Shown piece by piece: positions 33,355-37,225 of a stretch of 37,225 bases of DNA. Numbering within the stretch: position 1 is the first letter of the stretch; every line of letters starts with the position of its first letter. The notes beneath the pieces are model-generated. The model searched no databases. It saw nothing but the letters and a program-made list of their open reading frames with translations, and was not told the origin of the DNA. The position numbers and the translations under genes were made by a program. Location: IMG/VR virus record IMGVR_UViG_3300045988_027175; one strand, given 5' to 3'. This DNA is from a virus.

Positions 33355-33984
33355 TCAATCTTCCCAATTGAAATCTTTGATAACTTTCTTTAGTTTTCCT
33401 AGACATCTAATATTGTTGCTCAATGGATCAACAACGATAGGGTCAAAATCTGCATTCATTGGCTGAAGCATGATTATCCCGTTTAGTTCCTTATACTTCT
33501 TACAAGTGGCTGTATTGGTGTCTGTACAGAAGCATCCAATAACACCATCATCTACTTTATTCACTTTCTCAAATACAAGAAGATCACCGTCAGAGATACC
33601 AGCATTTTTCATGCTTTCACCACTTGCGTATTGCGCAAAGTATTTAGCTGACTTGCTCAAGCCTTTAGAAGGCACAGGAATCATATCAATGATATTGTCA
33701 TCTACAAAGCCACCGTTACCACAGCAAAGTGTCTCATATAAAGGAACTTTAACATATGATACTTCTATGTCGTTATATACTTTTTCATCGTCCATAATAA
33801 AATAAGATGGCTTAACTTCAAATATGTCTGCTAGTTTTGCAATTGTGGTTTTTTTGAGATTAGTAACTACACCTTTTTCCCATTTTGCTACTGCTGATTT
33901 TTTGACTCCAATCATGTCTCCCAACTCTGTTTGAGTCAGTCCAAGCCTTTTTCTTTGATATTTTATCTTTTCTCCAACATTCAT
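33355..33984 (-). CDS. CI-like repressor: XRE-family HTH plus LexA/S24 autopeptidase domain
   Basis: N-terminal IKYQRKRLGLTQTELGDMIGVKKSAVAKWEKG. C-terminal ASGESMKNAGISDGD with a downstream Lys (CKKYK). Confidence 0.9.
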   Translation of the reverse strand: MNVGEKIKYQRKRLGLTQTELGDMIGVKKSAVAKWEKGVVTNLKKTTIAKLADIFEVKPSYFIMDDEKVYNDIEVSYVKVPLYETLCCGNGGFVDDNIIDMIPVPSKGLSKSAKYFAQYASGESMKNAGISDGDLLVFEKVNKVDDGVIGCFCTDTNTATCKKYKELNGIIMLQPMNADFDPIVVDPLSNNIRCLGKLKKVIKDFNWED

Positions 33985-34000
33985 AATTTAATGTCTCCTT

Positions 34001-34014
34001 TTCTATATATAGAA
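34001..34014. promoter_or_regulatory. Perfect 14-bp palindrome TTCTATATATAGAA next to the repressor SD
   Basis: Read directly. Lies between the repressor start and the operator repeats. Confidence 0.5.
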
Positions 34015-34079
34015 AATCTCTTTTTGATACTTTTAACAATAAAAATGATATAAAAATAGAAAAAAAAGATACTTTTGTG

Positions 34080-34107
34080 TTGATTTTTGATATTAATTGG
34101 GTATAAT
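34080..34107 (+). promoter_or_regulatory. Early rightward promoter (PR-like)
   Basis: TTGATT, a 16-nt spacer, then TATAAT. The operator palindrome follows immediately downstream. Confidence 0.65.
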
Positions 34108-34111
34108 TAAA

Positions 34112-34130
34112 AGTGTCTTAAAAAGACACT
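34112..34130. promoter_or_regulatory. Operator palindrome AGTGTCTT-AAA-AAGACACT
   Basis: Perfect 8-bp arms. Half-site relatives are at 34021-34034 and 34061-34078. A near copy is at 34358-34376. Confidence 0.7.
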
Positions 34131-34148
34131 ATCAAGGAGGTGGAGCAA

Positions 34149-34367
34149 TTGAATAAGAAAGAACTTTTATCTGAAATGATTCTTCATGACGATACAAGGA
34201 CTGATTTAGCAGAAGCCTTAGGCATGTCTATAGGCACTTTAAATGCTAAAATTAATGAGACTAATGGCAGATGTTTCAATCAACCAGAGATTGCATTTAT
34301 TAAGGATCGTTATGATTTAACTGCTGAAAAAGTAGACAGAATTTTTTTTACTTCAAAAGTGTCTTAA
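34149..34367 (+). CDS. Cro-like small HTH regulator (TTG start favoured)
   Basis: SD AAGGAGG at 34134-34140, 8 nt before TTG 34149. HTH RTDLAEALGMSIGTLNAKINE. Divergent from the repressor gene. Confidence 0.65.
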   Translation: MNKKELLSEMILHDDTRTDLAEALGMSIGTLNAKINETNGRCFNQPEIAFIKDRYDLTAEKVDRIFFTSKVS

Positions 34368-34376
34368 AAAGATACA
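34358..34376. promoter_or_regulatory. Second operator copy (17 of 19 identical to 34112-34130), overlapping the cro-like stop codon
   Basis: AGTGTCTTAAAAAGATACA. The 18-nt string aaaagtgtcttaaaaaga is shared exactly with the PR operator. Confidence 0.6.
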
Positions 34377-34394
34377 TTAGAAAGGAGAAACAAA

Positions 34395-35132
34395 ATGAAC
34401 GAAATTCAAATTTTTAACAATTCAGAGTTTGGGCAAGTAAGAAGTTTAGTTATTAATGATGAACCTTGGTTCATCGGAAAAGACGTAGCAAGAGCATTAG
34501 GGTATGCAGATACCAAGAAGGCGATTCAACGTCATGTTGATGACGAAGATAAAGGGAGGGATGTAACGCCCACCCCTGGAGGAACTCAAAACATGGTTAT
34601 CATCAATGAATCAGGTCTATACAGTTTAGTTCTCTCAAGCAAATTACCAAGCGCCAAGAAATTCAAACGTTGGGTTACAAGTGAAGTTTTACCAGCATTA
34701 AGAAAAACAGGGCAGTACCAAGTGAAGGAGTTAAGTGGTTCAGAATTAATGGCTAAGGCATTAATTGAAGCACAGAGCGTTTTAGCTGCTAAAGACAAGC
34801 AGATTGAGCAGATGAAGCCAAAGGTTGTATTTGCTGATGCAGTAGCAACTAGCCATACATCTATCCTCGTTGGTGAACTTGCTAAAATCTTAAAACAGAA
34901 CGGAATTGAAATGGGTCAGAAGCGTTTATTCGCATGGCTCAGAGAAAAAGGCTATCTGATCAAGCGCCAGGGAACTGATTACAACATGCCTACACAGAAG
35001 GCTATGGAACTAGGTCTCTTTGAAATCAAGGAAGGCTCTTACGTTAACGGCTCAGGAGTGAACATCACTACTAAGACACCTAAGGTTACTGGCAAGGGTC
35101 AGCAGTATTTCATTAATAAGTTCCTTCAATAG
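34395..35132 (+). CDS. Antirepressor (Bro-N plus KilAC/ANT domains)
   Basis: FGQVRSLVINDEPWFIGKDVARALGY (Bro-N). ILVGELAKILKQNGIEMGQKRLFAWLREKGYL (KilAC). Confidence 0.85.
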   Translation: MNEIQIFNNSEFGQVRSLVINDEPWFIGKDVARALGYADTKKAIQRHVDDEDKGRDVTPTPGGTQNMVIINESGLYSLVLSSKLPSAKKFKRWVTSEVLPALRKTGQYQVKELSGSELMAKALIEAQSVLAAKDKQIEQMKPKVVFADAVATSHTSILVGELAKILKQNGIEMGQKRLFAWLREKGYLIKRQGTDYNMPTQKAMELGLFEIKEGSYVNGSGVNITTKTPKVTGKGQQYFINKFLQ

Positions 35133-35144
35133 GAGGTGATCATC

Positions 35145-35393
35145 ATGGATGAATGGAGTATCAGCGTTGAGGAAGTCATGCAGATTACCCACAAAAGCCG
35201 TGACTTCATCATTAACGCAATCCAACAGGGCGTAATGCCTGGGTCAGTAGTAAAACATGACTCAGGTAAAAGAAGTACTTACATTCCACGTAAGGCTTTC
35301 TTCGATTACATGAACAATTACTATAGAGCTCCTTCAGATAAGTTGATTGCAGCAGTGGTAGAGGAGCTCACTAAAAGAAAGACAATTGAATAA
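35145..35393 (+). CDS. Excisionase-family/HTH_17-like DNA-binding protein
   Basis: SD AGGAGG 8 nt before ATG 35145. SVEEVMQITHKSRDFIINAIQQGVMPGSVVK...TYIPRKAFFDYM. Confidence 0.5.
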   Translation: MDEWSISVEEVMQITHKSRDFIINAIQQGVMPGSVVKHDSGKRSTYIPRKAFFDYMNNYYRAPSDKLIAAVVEELTKRKTIE

Positions 35394-35405
35394 GTAGCTT
35401 TAGTT

Positions 35406-35580
35406 GCTCGTAGGCACCTAAAGCCAAAGAAGGCAAATAATATTATTGTAGAATGTTTCGTTTTCATTTTTTTGGAAACTCCCTTCGTATGTGTATCTTA
35501 CATTGAATATATCAATCCTTTTTAAATAATTTGTCTGTTGATCAAATAAATGCTTTCTTTGGCGCTAAGTGCTTATGAGC
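35406..35580. repeat. Imperfect 28-nt inverted repeat pair (35406-35433 and 35553-35580) enclosing 119 nt
   Basis: gctcgtaggcacctaaagccaaagaagg against the reverse complement gctcataagcacttagcgccaaagaaag: 22 of 28 identical. Pairing rises to 25 of 28 if G.U pairs are allowed on the plus-strand RNA. Confidence 0.7.
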
Positions 35581-35581
35581 A

Positions 35582-35613
35582 CAAAAAAAAGAACACACGA
35601 CTGCCATCGTGTG
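35582..35613 (-). terminator. Minus-strand-oriented terminator hairpin
   Basis: CACACGA-ctgcca-TCGTGTG. The U-tract (TTCTTTTTTTTG) follows only on the minus strand. Confidence 0.45.
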
Positions 35614-35671
35614 CCCTTAAAAAAATATCAAAATCACGTGCTTATTGTAGCACAGAAAAGGAGAGTTTTCT

Positions 35672-35800
35672 ATGGAAAGAAGAAAACCAAGAAAGAAAAT
35701 CCCGTTCTTAAAAAGAATGTGGAGAAAATACGGATTTCCTAGAATCTGTAGAACTAGAAAGTATCAAAAATTAAGAAGGAAGGTGATGGGATATGAATAG
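35672..35800 (+). CDS. Possible 42-aa highly basic peptide MERRKPRKKIPFLKRMWRKYGFPRICRTRKYQKLRRKVMGYE
   Basis: SD AAAGGAGAG 6-7 nt before the ATG. The stop overlaps the next start (ATGAATAG). Confidence 0.3.
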   Translation: MERRKPRKKIPFLKRMWRKYGFPRICRTRKYQKLRRKVMGYE

Positions 35801-35975
35801 ATTTGAAAAAGGCATCATCATCGTATCTAATTTAATTATTTTAATCAGTTTCATTTCAGGAGTTGTAAGTGGCAATAACTGGAATTCTACAGGAATGAGA
35901 GTTCTAAGTGTTGCATCATTAAGCATGAACTTAATCATTCTTGAATACATGCTCGTTGTTATTAGAAATAAATAA
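35793..35975 (+). CDS. Small membrane protein (60 aa, two hydrophobic segments)
   Basis: SD GGAAGGTGA upstream. IIIVSNLIILISFISGVV and ASLSMNLIILEYMLVVI. Confidence 0.5.
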   Translation: MNRFEKGIIIVSNLIILISFISGVVSGNNWNSTGMRVLSVASLSMNLIILEYMLVVIRNK

Positions 35976-35989
35976 AGGAGAAGAAAATT

Positions 35990-36280
35990 ATGGAAAAGAA
36001 AGCATTTATTAAAGTTGAAACATTTGACGGAGGTGTTCACATTTCAAACGGTGGTACAAATTATCAAACATTATTGATGATGTCACTTTTAATTGATGCA
36101 TTAAAAAAAGGTCAGTTAACAAATGAGGATGACCCAAAGAATGAAACGTTCAAACAAATCGTTGAATTTATCTGGAAAAGACCAAAGGACGCATCAAGAG
36201 CACTTATCAAAATTATCGGCATTGATAGTGATTTGGATTCTTTATTTGAAGGATTCAAGTGTGAAAAGGAGACTAACTAA
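35990..36280 (+). CDS. Hypothetical protein (96 aa)
   Basis: SD AAGGAGAAG upstream. Abuts the start of the ATPase gene. Confidence 0.6.
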   Translation: MEKKAFIKVETFDGGVHISNGGTNYQTLLMMSLLIDALKKGQLTNEDDPKNETFKQIVEFIWKRPKDASRALIKIIGIDSDLDSLFEGFKCEKETN

Positions 36281-37225
36281 ATGGATAAGATTAAAATCAA
36301 TTCTCTTGAATTAGAGAATGTCAAAAGAATTAAGGCAGTACAGATTGAACCATCTGAAAATGGATTAACAATTATTGGTGGAAATAATAACAATGGAAAG
36401 ACTTCTGTGTTGGATGCCATCACTTGGTGTCTTGGTGGCAACAAATACAAGCCATCAAAACCAACTAGAGAAGGAAGCTATGTTCCAGCATCTCTAAAAG
36501 TGACTCTTTCAAATGGTATTGTGGTTGAAAGAAAAGGAAAGAATTCAGCCTTAAAGGTCACTGATCCAACAGGAATGAAGGCAGGTCAAAACCTGTTGGA
36601 CTCATTCATTAGTGAGTTGGCTTTAAATCTTCCAAAGTTTATGAATAGTTCAGAAAAAGAAAAAGCTGACACTTTGCTCCACATTATTGGAATTGGTGAC
36701 GAGCTTACTAAATTGGATTTAAAAGAAAAGGCAGTTTACAATGACCGCTTAGCAATAGGAAGAATTGCTGATCAGAAATCGAAGCATGCTAAAGAGATGA
36801 TTCATTATGACAATGTACCAGATAAAGTTGTTTCAGCTTCTGAGTTAATCGCCAAGCAGCAGGAAATGCTTGCAATTAATGGAAGCAATGAAAGAAAAAG
36901 AGCGTATTTGGCTGAGTGTAAATCTAAGTCAAAAGCCATTGAAGAAAAGATGGAAGACTTGGACAAGCAGTTAAAAGCGCTTAATGAAGAGTATTTGAAA
37001 GTTATCAAGGAAAGAGATAAAGCGACTGTTGAAGTTTCTAGTCTAGTAGACAATCCTACGGATGAAATTGAAAGAAGCATCAAAGAGATTGATGACACTA
37101 ATATTAAGGTTCGCACGAACCTAGAAAAGAAAAAAGCAGAGCAAGAAGCCAATGACCTCAAAAAGGAATATGCTTCTAAGTCACAGGAGTTAGAAGATAT
37201 CAGAAAAGAAAAGGCTAGTTTATTA
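36281..37225 (+). CDS. SMC/Rad50-like AAA ATPase, N-terminal part (runs off the window and continues at base 120 via the terminal repeat)
   Basis: Walker A IIGGNNNNGKTSVLDAI, then a long coiled coil. No stop before the window end. Missing from the ORF track because it is open-ended. Confidence 0.8.
   Translation, partial: MDKIKINSLELENVKRIKAVQIEPSENGLTIIGGNNNNGKTSVLDAITWCLGGNKYKPSKPTREGSYVPASLKVTLSNGIVVERKGKNSALKVTDPTGMKAGQNLLDSFISELALNLPKFMNSSEKEKADTLLHIIGIGDELTKLDLKEKAVYNDRLAIGRIADQKSKHAKEMIHYDNVPDKVVSASELIAKQQEMLAINGSNERKRAYLAECKSKSKAIEEKMEDLDKQLKALNEEYLKVIKERDKATVEVSSLVDNPTDEIERSIKEIDDTNIKVRTNLEKKKAEQEANDLKKEYASKSQELEDIRKEKASLL
37107..37225. repeat. Terminal direct repeat, right copy (identical to 1-119)
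   Basis: See the left copy. Confidence 0.95.

Noticed and set aside
35771-36040. 89-aa minus-strand ORF that could have been the source of the leftward transcript implied by the minus-strand terminator at 35582-35613.
   Set aside because: It overlaps two SD-led plus-strand genes, has no SD of its own, and reads as F/L/N-rich shadow-frame sequence. A non-coding antisense RNA remains possible, but this ORF is not supported.

Overview
The window is a complete, circularly closed phage genome. Bases 1-119 are identical to 37107-37225, so the unit length is 37106 bp, and one gene runs across the window ends. The genome is AT-rich and almost entirely coding. It has the layout of a temperate siphovirus-type phage (long non-contractile tail) of a low-GC Bacillota host.

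Modules:
- Lysogeny switch, 31645-35393: tyrosine integrase, PH-like protein and CI/LexA-type repressor on the minus strand; Cro-like HTH, Bro-N/KilAC antirepressor and an excisionase-like HTH on the plus strand.
- Early small genes, 35672-36280.
- Replication and recombination, 36281 across the origin to 6528: SMC/Rad50-like ATPase, AAA_24/Sak4-like ATPase, DUF669-like protein, SF2 helicase, primase-helicase, RusA.
- Small early/middle genes, 6525-9675, including a MazG-like protein.
- Late activator, 9694-10062.
- Packaging and head, 10217-17625: TerS, PBSX-type TerL, portal, MuF, scaffold, capsid.
- Connector and tail, 17644-28290.
- Lysis, 28310-30535.
- Accessory region between lysin and integrase, 30536-31644.

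Observations most worth a second look:
1. The tape-measure gene is split by a 262-nt ORF-less insert with group I intron hallmarks readable by eye.
2. The MuF head protein carries an extra C-terminal GNAT-like module, followed by a translationally coupled small acidic ORF. This is the architecture of MuF polymorphic toxin plus immunity gene.
3. A near-consensus promoter drives a minus-strand operon of two paralogous hydrophobic micropeptides plus an RHH protein, surrounded by three different repeat arrays.
4. A candidate antisense sRNA with two stem-loops of identical loop sequence lies between the PH-like gene and int.
5. There are twin 19-codon hydrophobic ORFs, a triplicated Cys-motif protein family, and two non-lysis genes inside the lysis cassette.

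All family assignments come from motif recognition by eye and gene order. No database search was run.
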